From Pseudogymnoascus verrucosus (taxonomy: Eukaryota), in assembly GCA_001662655.1 (NCBI GenBank), contig KV460215.1: a stretch of 64,000 bases of DNA. One strand, given 5' to 3'. The stretch's first letter is position 1; every line of letters begins with the position of its first letter. Shown piece after piece: positions 51,144 through 62,794 of this stretch. Made by a program: the position numbers and the translations under genes. The notes below the pieces were generated by a model, which had not been told where the DNA came from, ran no database searches, and saw only the letters and a program-made list of their open reading frames with translations.

Positions 51144-51658
51144 GGGCGGGGGTGATTGGATGGAATGGGATGGGAAATGGGGGGAAGGGGAGTACATATT
51201 GCGTTTTGTTGGGGGGTTTGATTCGTTGGTTTATGTCTGGGTGGCTTGGTATGGCATATATGGAGATGTGGGGTGGGTGAAGGGATAAGGGGTATATTAT
51301 ATGTTCTTCGTTGGGGTCAGGTTATTTCTTTCTTGCGTTCTAGGCAGCATTACCTCTTCTCTCTATGTTATTTGCTTGCTTGCTATTTGGTTCTTTAAGG
51401 GATCGATGTGGTGGGAAACTGACGCTTTTGTTGAGGTACGTCGCTCCCTCCTTTCCTCCCAAACTATAACCATGTCCCCAATCCCCCAAATACCCTCTTT
51501 CTTCTCCCCATACGACTATGCATGTAGGTCTAGGTGTTGGTGTTTATTTAAATAGGCTCTCCTTATATCGTGTGCTTAATATTTTTTATAAGAATTCTCA
51601 ATACCAATATACAATTTAATCAAATAAAATCAAATAAACTATTTATCAAAATTACATA

Positions 51659-53519
51659 ACGTACTTGCATAGCGAACGGACCACCATAGCGAGTGGACCA
51701 CTTTTCCTTACATCTACTACTTCCTACTATTAACGCGACTTTTCTCAACGAACTATAATGGAATCTTCTTCAATTGAATGTCGTATAATCCTTGCCCTTA
51801 AAGCACTTAAAAACGACCAAAATCTTACTAGCCGAGCTGCAGCAAAGATCTATGAAGTCCCTCATACGACACTTTTACGACGACGCGATGGCAAGAAGTC
51901 ACGACGCGATATCTCTGCCAACTCTAGAAAATTAACTAATCTTGAGGAATCTGTGATTCTTCGACGTATACTTGACCTAGACTCACGAGGATTTCAGCCC
52001 TAGCAAAGCCATATTCAAGAAATGGCTAATTGTCTTCGTACGGACCGTAACGCGTCACGCGTCGGACCACGATGGGTAGAGAACTTTGTTAAGCGCTACC
52101 CTAAGCTTACTATGGCTTTTCGACGTCAAATTGACTACTAGAGGGCTAAATGCGAAGATCCTAATGTCGTACGAGCCTAGTTTACGCTTGTGTAGAATGT
52201 TATTGCTAAGTACGGCATCCAAGACGCAGATATCTACAACTTTGACGAGACTGGGTTTTTAATAGGCATGCTCTTAAGCGCAAAGGTGGTTACAAGCTCC
52301 GAACGACGTGGCAAGCCTCGTACGAAGCAGCCAGGCAATCGAGAATGGGTTACAGTAATCTAGGGTGTGTGCGCGACTGGCTAGGCAGTACCTCCGTACG
52401 TGGTTGTTAAAGGCAAATATCACCTCCTGTCCTAGTACTAAAACGGCCAATTCCCAAAGGATTGGAGGATTTACACGAGCGAAAACGGTTGGACTACAAA
52501 CGAGATTGGCCTAGATTAGATAAAACACTTCAATCAGCATACTAAAGCTCGTACGAAGGGTGTTTATCGCCTCTTAGTCCTTGATGGTCACGAAAGCCAT
52601 CACTCCTCTAACTTTAAGGACTACTGCTAAGAGAACAACATTATCACGCTTTGCATGCCTCCTCACTCGTCTCATTTCCTCCAGCCTCTTAATGTTAGGT
52701 GTTTTGGCCCACTTAAGACCTCGTACGGCAAGCAAATTGAGAAAATGATGCGGATGCAGATTACCCACATTACTAAGGACGACTTCTTCGCTGCATTTTT
52801 AGAAGCTTTTAACGCTTCTATAACTAAAAAGAACATACAAGCAGGCTTTAAGGCTACTAGTCTTCTTCCGTACGACCCTAAGTTAGTAATTGCTCGCCTA
52901 GACCCAAAGCTTATTACGCCATCTCCACCAACCTCTCGCTCAGGAACTCCTAACTCCTAGGTTACAAAGACACCTCAGACAGCGTACGAGGTTAATCAGC
53001 AGTCTACAACTATTAAAAACAAGATTGCTAAGCACTAAGATAGCTCTCCAACCCATATGTACACTATAATTGATGCCTAAGCTCGAGGTATGTCGAAAAT
53101 GGCACACGAGCTAGTGTTACTACGGGCGGAGCTAAAGGCTGTACGAGCTGCTAATGAGGTGCTTAGCAAGCGCCGGAGGGCTAAAAAAGCACGTTTACGG
53201 CAAGGAGGGTCACTTAGTTTCCAAGAAGCTGAAGACTTAGTAGCTGAGAATGAGGTGGATAAGCAGATTAAGGAGGAAACACATCGTGGTAGTCGTCGTA
53301 CAGAGGTAGCTGAACCACGTACGCGACGCTGTGGCATATGCAGCAACACTGGCCATAATGCGCGAACCTGTCAAGTAGTAGTAGTTGCATCTGAAGAAGA
53401 CGATTCTGAGTAGTTTTAATTAATTTAATGTGGTTGGTGTTCGTACGGCTATTTTATAATGTGTACGTAGGAAAAAGTGGTCCACTCGCTATGGTGGTCC
53501 GTTCGCTATGCAAGTACGT
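51659..53519 (+). mobile_element. pogo/Fot1-like Tc1-mariner DNA transposon (element B), heavily RIP-mutated
   Basis: TIRs of about 47 bp beginning ACGTACTTGCATAGCGAAC; TA at 51657-58 and 53520-21. Confidence 0.96.
51758..53413 (+). pseudogene. DDE transposase of element B
   Basis: NFDETG, LVLDGHESH, QPLNV (D>N) and CGICSNTGHNARTC motifs. More than 10 in-frame TAG/TAA codons. Confidence 0.93.
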
Positions 53520-53521
53520 TA

Positions 53522-53945
53522 ACGTATTTCACATGCGAGTTGCCCACCCAAGCGAGTTGCCCACCCCATTTTACACCCAAAATCATGAATTTTGTAACTA
53601 AATATCTCAACAACTATTTATTGGTAAATTATAAAAATGTATATTTAGCCTTTTATAGGCATTTAAAGCATCTTGTCTAACTTTTAAAGCAACTAGTAGT
53701 ATAGTTATTAAGATACTAAGTTTTAGCCCCCACTTTAGACCTAAATCTTAGTACCTCAATATCTACAAGATCAATTAGTTTAAAAATCAGAAAAGATACT
53801 TTAAATGACTATGAAAGGCTAAATACATAATTTTATAGTTTACTACTATATAGTTGTTGAGATATTTAGTTACAAAGTTCATGATTTTGGGTGTAAAATG
53901 GGGTGGGCAACTCGCTTGGGTGGGCAACTCGCATGTGAAGTACGT
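53522..53945. mobile_element. MITE (424 bp) with TIRs of about 96 bp related to element A
   Basis: TIRs at 53522-53617 and 53850-53945, AT-rich interior with no transposase ORF, TA on both sides. Confidence 0.93.
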
Positions 53946-54602
53946 TATATATAGTGGCACCCCTATACATTAATTATTTACATTAATATGGACTTCTAAA
54001 TATTTTTCTTATGTGAGAAAGGGGGTAGGTTAAGCAATGCGTTGATAGTTAGTATGCTTAGGAAGGAGTTGATATGGATTCTGTCTGGTCTTTGGTAGAA
54101 TGTTGGTAAATGAAGTGAGACTTGCTATTTCTTTTTGTAATGACTACCACTTATTGTTATTTATATACTGAGATAATTTCCTAAATGCCATTCTATAACA
54201 GCCGTATAGCATCCCTTTTTTAGACAGCTAATGAGCTAATAAGAAATAGGGGTGAATCAAAGAATAATCTACCTCACTATATAATTGTTTTTACTTTCTG
54301 AGAAAGAAACCTATGAGCTTCTGTTTATTCTATCCCTATTATATACTGCTGATCACAACTAGATATAGACGCCATCAACTCGTAAAATCCACCTAAGCAA
54401 GCTACACACTGCATGGCCTGTCCAACCAGTTGTTTGCTGTTAGTCTAGGTTCTAGGAGCTCCGGCCTATGCAGTATGCATATCTCCCATCACAAACAAAC
54501 CTATATTCGAAATAGTCCCAAAAGACTGCTTAACAATGCTCGTATCCTCAGCATCAATATTGATAAAAAACGCGGATACATCTGGGCCTATACGAGGCCC
54601 AT

Positions 54603-56821
54603 TTACCAAAGGGGATGATCCCGTGGCAGCCGGCGGAACTGCATTTGATTAGCGTAACATAAACGGGATACGAGGGAAATATACAGACCTATCACAGTGA
54701 CAAATTTCGAGCCACATTTGCTGCTTATTATCATCCTCTGTTCGCCAGTAGTGGTGTCTTCGACCACCATGGCGAGGGCGTCGAGGAGTTGCATCTCTCG
54801 GATCATGACGTTGCCGATGTTCCTTCTGTAATCAGTTTTGTGCTTATACCTAGGTATTATTCATTTACTTACTTGCGGAATTTTACGACCTCTTCGAGAT
54901 ACTGGGATTGGAGGTAGGAAATGAAAAGGTGGCGTTGGAGAGATTCGATGGAGGTGAGAAATGAAGATGCTGCTTCGCTCGAGGTGAATGTGAGGTCGAT
55001 GTCGGCGTCTTGGATGTCGATGCGGTCGTTGTTTGTGAGAAATGCTTTTCCGTTTACGCCTCTTAGTGTGATATTGGTTTTGCTTCCATGCCCATCAACG
55101 GCTGTGAATTGTCCGACTGCAAATATGTGTTAGTGAAAAGTATAAATGTGATAACGATATCTAAATGCCTACATTGAATCACGAGTTGGTAAACGTCACC
55201 GCCTTCAGCACCGTCAGGTGAAATCCCGGTCTGAATAACTACCTCCGCATTCCGACATGAGAGAAGCCCTGAGTCATCTTGGGTGACATCTCCGTCGGGA
55301 CCGGGAAATAGCATTGAGACATAGTGTAGCAGCTGGACGCTTTCTATGATTTCGAGACTATAGCTGAGTCTGTCGGATTGTATTGTGGCGTTTCTAACAT
55401 CTCCTCGGAAGCTAGAAGTGCCACTGTAGAGTAAATATATAAGTATAGTTTTTCTTAATAGTTATTTGAGAAGCATACCTAATTGCGTCCAAAACCGAAA
55501 GCGAACCTCCTGTATCCTGCACGGAAGTGTACATGAGCATAGAAGGATCCTCTCCTGTCGACGCTGATCTGAGCCCCTGAACTAACGCTAGGTGCAACCT
55601 ATGCTGCTCGAAATCGGCAAGGCCTTAATGGCGTTAAAATACTTTGTTCTACTATTTAGGATGGAGTTGACTTACGTGTAGATAACACATCGGAGATGAG
55701 GAGTTGTTCCACTGAATTTGAGGATTTTGAAAATACATGAATCGTCCATGTCGGTCGACCAGTCGTGACACGGACAAAAATGCTCGGAGGCACCACTGGA
55801 GAACATCAGATCAGCCTCGGGGCTGTTTTAATAGGGGTTTGGTGGCTTACAAGTATAGTCTAGCTCATGGTAGTTCTCGCAGGAGCAATGGAACAGCTTT
55901 GAGTCCTGTTTCCACATCCATTCTGGATTGAATGCTGCCGTGTGGCATATTAAGTAGGATGAAGCTGTATTCAAGGTCTTCAGAGAAATAGAAAATGTTA
56001 ATTCCTTTTCTTCGGATTGCCGCCTGAAGCTAACATGACGTTCTGAGGGTCTAATGTCCTCGTCGCCTAGCTCCGAAGCTTCGATATAAATGGACATAGA
56101 CGACACCGACTCATTGGTTTTCTTCCTGGATAAACCAGAAGATGCTGCTGCATTATGTGGTACGGGTCTGTTGGCCGCCTTCTTTGGTTTCTTGAGTTCT
56201 TCCGAAGAAAGTTTCATACTCTTAAACCATTCGTGCATATCTTCCAGTTTCGCATGGCTGGCCTCGACCTGTAGCTTAACCTTGTCTGCTTGAATACTAC
56301 CAAAGGATCAGTAAACTCGAAAGACCAGTAGCTAATATAACTTACCAGTTACGAGCTGTAATTGCCAAGTTCAACGCCGTCACATGGATTCCAAGGCTAT
56401 TCCTCAATTTGTCCAAACCAGTCCCTTCGGTCGTAAATTTGATCTTCCTGATATTATCTTTGAGATCTTTTACCCATTTTTGCTGAGTCTTTTCGTCCAC
56501 TTGCACTTGCACTGCATCTGCTCGTAACTCCGGATACTTTTCTAGAACCCCATCTAGATGTTTCAGCGTTACACCACAATTTTCTATCATCCGGCCCAAT
56601 ATCTCATCCTCGGGGGGAACATTCTGATCCCCATCCGGGGATTTTGGGTTTTCTACTATTGCTGACGCAAACTTCAACGCCTTGCCGATGGCAAAAAGCT
56701 GGTTTTGGACTTCCTGGAACTCTGCGGTCGCTCCTTTCCGGCCGCTTGTGAGAGTTGTTCCCAGTTTATGGGCGAGGTCCGAAAGTAGGACTATATCCCC
56801 GATTCCTATACCAAACGACAT
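54603..56821 (-). CDS. Multi-exon gene with a fungal STAND-associated N-terminal domain (HeLo-like/SesA-like); 3' end uncertain
   Basis: MSFGIGIGDIVLLSDLAHKL..GATAEFQEVQNQL..C..TL..L..KY..KIKF..KLRNSL.IHVTALNL pattern. Several GT..CTAA..AG introns downstream. Confidence 0.65.
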
Positions 56822-57128
56822 TTTGCAAGGCCTTTATCACTTAAAACAAAGAAGCAAATTGGGATGGAAACGACCTTTTAATGATGTTGTTTCATATCGA
56901 CGAGGCTGTGCTAGATGCATCCTATATTGACGAAATACGTGTTGATTTACATGGGTGTGGCACAGCCCATGTAAGCTCAGCCCCCAGCCTTGCGTTGGCC
57001 TCAATTATAAAGCCCCATTCAATCGCCAATCCAAGTAGACGGGTGGTTGTATGCTATCGTATCATAAAGATAGATGCAACAGAGCTCAGTTTTGCTGAAA
57101 GACAGTCATTTTAGTGCTGTCGTTCACT

Positions 57129-60100
57129 ATGTCTTACTATGGAAATCGTCGTTATGAACAATATGATAACGCCGGGGTCAATAGGCTCCCGTCTGGGCTA
57201 TTCTTCACGGTCGCTCGGGTTGAACACATGGAACCGCCTGCGCCTGCAAAGAGAGCGCACGACGGTGTTAAACAGAAGAAAGTCATTAACCACGAAAAAA
57301 TAAACTATGACGACTTTGTGGTTCCCAAGTATAACTCGAAGAAGATAGGCAAGGAGATATATCTGCCAATGCTAGAGGTTTCCGTGGAGGTCGAAGTTGT
57401 AGCGACTATTGCATGGTCGAAGTTGACACAAACTTTCACAAACCGATCAAAGCAACCTATTAAGGAAGCGACATACTGCATGCCACTTTATGACAGGTCT
57501 ACCGTCACATCGTTCGTCTGCACCATTGGCTCCGATAAAATCCTTAAGGGAACCGTGAAGCCAAAGGAAGAGGCCAAGGCCGAGTTTAAGAAAGCTGTTG
57601 CAAAGCAACAGGTTGCGGCGCTGCTAGAAGAACATACGGCTGAGGTGTTTGAGACAGCCGTGGGAAACATCCCAGCTGAAACAACGGTCAAAGTTGAAAT
57701 CAGCTACATAACGGAGCTAAAAGCTGATCTCGGAGGAGATGGCGTTTTGGTCACAATTCCTACCTCAGTGGCGCCACGATATGGAGCAATCCCCAGCTCA
57801 ATGAGAGATGCTTTTGCAGAGTTGCTGGCAGTCCCTGAAGATAATGGGCTGCAGATCAAAATCCAAGTGTCATCGCCCGTTGCAATCACCAAGATTGAGA
57901 GCCGGACACATCCAGTCTCAATAGAGATGGGTTCTCATGGCACTAGAGTGACCAAAGATATTAGAGATTTCTCTAAAAAACAAGAGTCTCAGGGTTTCGA
58001 TCCCAAGAAGGCCGTAGCAACACTATCCGATAGAAACGCTTGCCTAGGGAAAGACTTTGTCCTCCTCATCCAAGCAAATGATAGGCAATTACTAGCCTCG
58101 CGCGCTATCAGCGAGCCACACCCAACGATTCCCGACCATTCTGCGTTAATGGTCTCTATCAATCTTCGAGATTTATATACTCCTAATGTCGTTTCTCCGA
58201 AAATGGCCAGTGAGATCATCTTTGTGGCTGATCGATCCGGGTCGATGAAGAAGAGCATGGAAGCTTTGAAAACAGCGATGAAATTCTTCCTCAAAAGTCT
58301 TCCAAACAACTGCATTTTCAACATTTGTTCTTTTGGAACTACCCACAAACTTATGTGGCCCAAGTCGCAACCTTACAACCAGGAAACTGTCGATCAAGCC
58401 TTGACTTACGTTGCCAATGACTTTGCAGCAAACATGGGAGGGACTGAGATACAGGGAGCGTTACGATACGTTGTTGATAACAGTGAAGTATCTGTGGCCA
58501 CTGAAATCATCACCCTGACTGATGGAAGGGTTTGGGATACCCCCTCCTTGTTTGACTTTATCCAAAAGACAAGATCCTCAGGGCTAAACCAAAACACCCG
58601 GTTCTTCTGTCTTGGTATCGGAGACGCCGTCTCTCATCATCTCGTCGCGGGAATCGGTCGATACGGCGGCGGATTGGCCGAAACTGTACTAACAGACTCA
58701 TCGGGCGACTGGATGCAGAGGGTTATTGGAATGCTACGTGCAGCATTAACGCCCTCGAGCTGGAAAGTCGATGTTACATTAGACGGTGTGTCTATCTCTG
58801 GAAAGGAAAGTGAGAACAAGCGTTGTATCCAGGCTCCACATCAGATCCCAGATTTCCACGCCTTCGCAAGATATTCAGTCTATTTTCTTCTCAATCAAGA
58901 GTTCGAAGAAAAGGTCGTCAAGATCAAGGCCACTTCCGTATATTCAGGAGAAACCTTCACTGCGGAAATTCCAATCGATAAATCAGATATAGGGAAAAAG
59001 TGGGTGCATCAACTTGCCGCCAAAGCTGTCCTGGGCGACCTCGAAAGCGGGTCAAGCTGGATCCATGATAAGAGCAAAAATACCACTGATGTGAAGACCA
59101 AGACAGAGGCTGATGAGGAAGCTAAGATCGAAGGCGAGAAAATCGGGATAGAATGGAACATATCGAGTAAATGGACAAGTTTCATTGTTGTCGATGAGAA
59201 AAGCTCGCTAGAAAAGCAGTCTCGCTGGTATCAAACCGGCCACTCTGATCTCGCTGAGTTGACACGGCCTAGATTCGAACCAAAATACGATAGTCATACT
59301 CTAGCAAGTGACGCCCAGCTAGGACTATCAGGCAAAACCGTGGAGGGCCAGGGATCTTCTCAGCCACATGACTTTTTGTCGTATAGAGCTCCACAGAGTT
59401 ATCGGGATGCTCCCCCCCCCGAGGATTATTCGATGTTCCCTCAGAGATCTAGGGATGCTACTCCCCCCGAAGATTATTGGACGCCCCCCAAGACAAATGG
59501 GAGAGGGCATGCATGCTACGCCCCCCACCAGATTCGTCACCACAGAGCCCCTGAAAACCGCGATTCGCAGGAACAACAGAGGGAGAAGCAGCATCCAGAC
59601 CCAATGTACAATTTCAAGCCGATGAAAGACGACTCGTTTTTACCCGGCGCCACGTACTCGTCGCAGGCACCCAGTATGGGACGCACCATTAAGCCCGCCA
59701 GAAGCTTTTCAAGATCAGGCACAAGCCGGTTTCCCATACCCCCGGACGAGGAGCCAGGAAGCCCACGCCCCCCGCAGCAGCCGGCGAGCAATACGAATGA
59801 CCCGCCAGTTGTGATAAACCAATACCAATTTGAAAACAGCGACGGGAGCGACGCTGAAGCTATGGCTGGGGTTACGGCCATGAGGCTGGGCGATGAATCT
59901 TTCGATTTTGCGTACGACGATGCGCCGTACCAATCCCAAGCTTCCATGCAAATTGCCACACAAGTTCATTTGTTCAGCGACGATTCTTTCCAGACGCTCC
60001 TAGAACCCAGCCGAGCTGCCCCACAAGATACATTTTACAGCGACAATTCGACGCAAGAGCCCACTTCCATGGAAAAGGGGTCTGAAAGGCACTCTCACGA

Positions 60101-61025
60101 TCCTTACTTTGTTCCTTCTAATCCTTTTACCCCTCTTGGTTCCAGTGCTGCTACTTTTCCTGATTATCCTATACAACCCAGTGATTTTTTCAATCCCCAT
60201 CCTCCGTCTTCAGGTCCCAGCAGCTGGAATCCAAACCCTAGCTATGTCAGTCCTCAAGAAGAGCGTTGTTTGTTCGCTCCTCCACCAGCACAGGGCCATA
60301 CCGCCCAAAGTTCACACTCCAGCGACCGTCCCCGGTCTTCTACTATCTCTCGTCCCAACTACTCCGGGATATTCTCACTCTACCCCGATCCACACATCTC
60401 ACCCCTCACCGTCCCCAACCTACTCACCACCCAACACTTCCTCGGCTACTTCAGCCTCACCGAGCAGCTCTGGACCCAGCTCAACAAGGAATACAATCAC
60501 CTCGCCTGGACAACCGCCAACTCCCTACTGCCCCGCCGCGGGGCCAACGACAGCGAATGGCTAGAAACGCGAGAGAAGGTCGTCGGTACCGCTATGGTAG
60601 TCGTGTACATTGAGGTGGTCCATGCAGCCGACAAGAATCTGTGGGATCTGGTGGTGCAGAAGGCGCGGGCGTGGCTGGAGAGGGAGATTCCGCATCAGAG
60701 GATCCGGGAGAAGGTATTAAGCAAGTTGAGGGGGTTGCTCATTACCCCCTATGACGAAGGGGTTGGTAGAATCATTGATGAGGTGACCAGTATCTCTGCA
60801 GTTGAAGCTCAGCCCAAGGATGATCTTGCGACCCCTGGCGACGAGGGGCCCGATGCGGGGGTTGGTGAGGTGGAGGGTATTTCTCTTCTATCAGCGGGAT
60901 CCGGGGACAGTGCAGGGATGCCGCAAGAGGGGCGAGGTAAGGGTGCTGAGGCGGGAGCGGGGACTGGTGCTGCGGTGAAGTACGTGGGAGAGGCGAAGGG
61001 GGAGAAAAAAAGACGCCGAGATTGA
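57129..61025 (+). CDS. VIT + vWA domain protein (VWA5A/PARP4-like) with a low-complexity C-terminal insert
   Basis: LTQTFTN..EATYCMPL..FETAVGNIP (VIT); MIDAS residues DRSGSM, MGGTEI and LTDGRV; SKWTSFIVVD; WDLVVQKARAWL. Confidence 0.92.
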   Translation: MSYYGNRRYEQYDNAGVNRLPSGLFFTVARVEHMEPPAPAKRAHDGVKQKKVINHEKINYDDFVVPKYNSKKIGKEIYLPMLEVSVEVEVVATIAWSKLTQTFTNRSKQPIKEATYCMPLYDRSTVTSFVCTIGSDKILKGTVKPKEEAKAEFKKAVAKQQVAALLEEHTAEVFETAVGNIPAETTVKVEISYITELKADLGGDGVLVTIPTSVAPRYGAIPSSMRDAFAELLAVPEDNGLQIKIQVSSPVAITKIESRTHPVSIEMGSHGTRVTKDIRDFSKKQESQGFDPKKAVATLSDRNACLGKDFVLLIQANDRQLLASRAISEPHPTIPDHSALMVSINLRDLYTPNVVSPKMASEIIFVADRSGSMKKSMEALKTAMKFFLKSLPNNCIFNICSFGTTHKLMWPKSQPYNQETVDQALTYVANDFAANMGGTEIQGALRYVVDNSEVSVATEIITLTDGRVWDTPSLFDFIQKTRSSGLNQNTRFFCLGIGDAVSHHLVAGIGRYGGGLAETVLTDSSGDWMQRVIGMLRAALTPSSWKVDVTLDGVSISGKESENKRCIQAPHQIPDFHAFARYSVYFLLNQEFEEKVVKIKATSVYSGETFTAEIPIDKSDIGKKWVHQLAAKAVLGDLESGSSWIHDKSKNTTDVKTKTEADEEAKIEGEKIGIEWNISSKWTSFIVVDEKSSLEKQSRWYQTGHSDLAELTRPRFEPKYDSHTLASDAQLGLSGKTVEGQGSSQPHDFLSYRAPQSYRDAPPPEDYSMFPQRSRDATPPEDYWTPPKTNGRGHACYAPHQIRHHRAPENRDSQEQQREKQHPDPMYNFKPMKDDSFLPGATYSSQAPSMGRTIKPARSFSRSGTSRFPIPPDEEPGSPRPPQQPASNTNDPPVVINQYQFENSDGSDAEAMAGVTAMRLGDESFDFAYDDAPYQSQASMQIATQVHLFSDDSFQTLLEPSRAAPQDTFYSDNSTQEPTSMEKGSERHSHDPYFVPSNPFTPLGSSAATFPDYPIQPSDFFNPHPPSSGPSSWNPNPSYVSPQEERCLFAPPPAQGHTAQSSHSSDRPRSSTISRPNYSGIFSLYPDPHISPLTVPNLLTTQHFLGYFSLTEQLWTQLNKEYNHLAWTTANSLLPRRGANDSEWLETREKVVGTAMVVVYIEVVHAADKNLWDLVVQKARAWLEREIPHQRIREKVLSKLRGLLITPYDEGVGRIIDEVTSISAVEAQPKDDLATPGDEGPDAGVGEVEGISLLSAGSGDSAGMPQEGRGKGAEAGAGTGAAVKYVGEAKGEKKRRRD

Positions 61026-61425
61026 AGCGGGTGGGATGGGCGTTGAAGCGGTCTTGGGTGTTTCTCCTCCATCAGCGAGATCAGGTGGGGGTAATAGCGG
61101 TGCGGCAAGAGGAATATAATAAGAAGAAGAAGGAGACTGTGATTAAAATGGAAAAAGGGCGTAGAAGCCGTTTCTCATGGTCTGTACGGCGGTAATGACG
61201 GAGTTTTGTGTAGTGGTTGATATACTCGGCGATGGAGTTGGGGGGGGGGACCAACGAATATATTGTTGTGTTATATGCGTTGTAGCTAGTTTATCTACCT
61301 CTGATATAGTTTTATACCGAAATCATTAACATACCTACAGTCGAGTGACTAGAAGAAAGCGGAGATAATCTTCCTGACAAAGTCGGCCTAACCAATATAT
61401 TTCAAGAGCCAGGGGAAGAAAAACC

Positions 61426-61770
61426 AGGGAAAGAACGACCTAGTAGAACGATAATCAGCAAGACCATTCCTTCCTATTCTATGACCTGGCAAATATATCG
61501 AAGGCACTAGGGAAAAGGGAAAAAAACTAGGGAAGGAACGACCCAGCAAAGTAGCTACCAGATCTGTGTTTACATAACTGCCCCTTCCCATCCCGTAAAA
61601 ATCACCCAAACATGCTTCCTCAGGGAAGGAACGACCTAGGTAGAGTAGTTACCTTACAAAAGACTGCCCCTTCCTATACCGTTAAGATAACCCGCCCTAT
61701 GCTTCCCTAAGAAAGGCACGATCTAGGTAGAGTAATTAGCAGATACGCGAGTTATATAGCCGTTCCTTCT
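61426..61770. repeat. Four diverged tandem units of about 90-100 bp
   Basis: AGGGAAGGAACGACCTAG-like core at about 61426, 61529, 61622 and 61709, each followed by a C-rich (ccccttcc-like) stretch. Confidence 0.75.
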
Positions 61771-62794
61771 TACTCTGTAATCTATTCCCCATATATACAC
61801 ACCAAAATACCTTAGTCTTCTTTACCACTAACACACACACACGCGCGCACACACACACACCACCTCACAAAACCAAACCATCTTATACAAGTTCATTCAT
61901 TCACATTTCACAGACATCTACCTATTCCACTCCACCTCCACCTCTACAACCCCACCCACGATCCCCCCCAAACACACATAGCGACTCTCCCCCTTCCATC
62001 CCCGACCGTCCATTAATCGGTGTCGTGTGTAGTCCTGTGTCCCTGATCGATCGCCGGGGTATAAACGGTTGTATGACCTCATTTCCTTCCCTCTTCTTTC
62101 TCTCTTTCCCCTCTTCCTTTCTTTCTTATTTCCCCTCTCTTTCTTTCCTCTTTCCTTCTTTCCTCCTCTCTCCTCTCTCTCTCTCTCTCTCATTCTCGCA
62201 CACAAAATAGCGACATCAACGTCAGTGTATCGACCTCGGACCGCCCACCGTAGCGACGGCGTGTATATATGTGTATCGTGTATCGACAACAAGCAAGTAA
62301 AAATAAGCGCAGTAATAAACGTGTATACCGTGTATGATGTAGATGGTGTGTGGTGAGACATGATAGTCTAAAAAATAAAAAAAGTATCCGTAAAAAAGGG
62401 AGCGGACGCCGCGCCCGCGCCGGCAAGTTTGTAGAGCGCTCGGCGCCGTCGTTTGTTTGGTTTGGTTTAGTTTCGTTTAGTTTGATTTGGTATGGTAAGG
62501 TTTGGTTTAGTAAGGTGATGTGACGTGATGTGTTGTTCCCCGCTCAATGTAAGTGAGTGCGGAGTGGTGATTAGATGCGCGGGGTATTTTGCACATGAAG
62601 GCTGTCGATTTCGCGATTTCGCGATGGTTATAAGTATCGTACCCGCAGCTGCCAGACAGCCAGACCCCTACGTGATAGCGACGTTGTGTGTATATATCGA
62701 CACGACGCGTCGTGGGTATAAAATTAAGGGAGAGCAAAGACGGTGGTATGGTATGGCATGGTATATATCATACCCCCCACCCCACCCCCCCGCC

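Noticed and set aside
61820..62510. AC, CT and GTTTG simple repeats and the ORFs over them
   Set aside because: Ordinary microsatellites, probably in the 3' UTR of the HMG-box gene.
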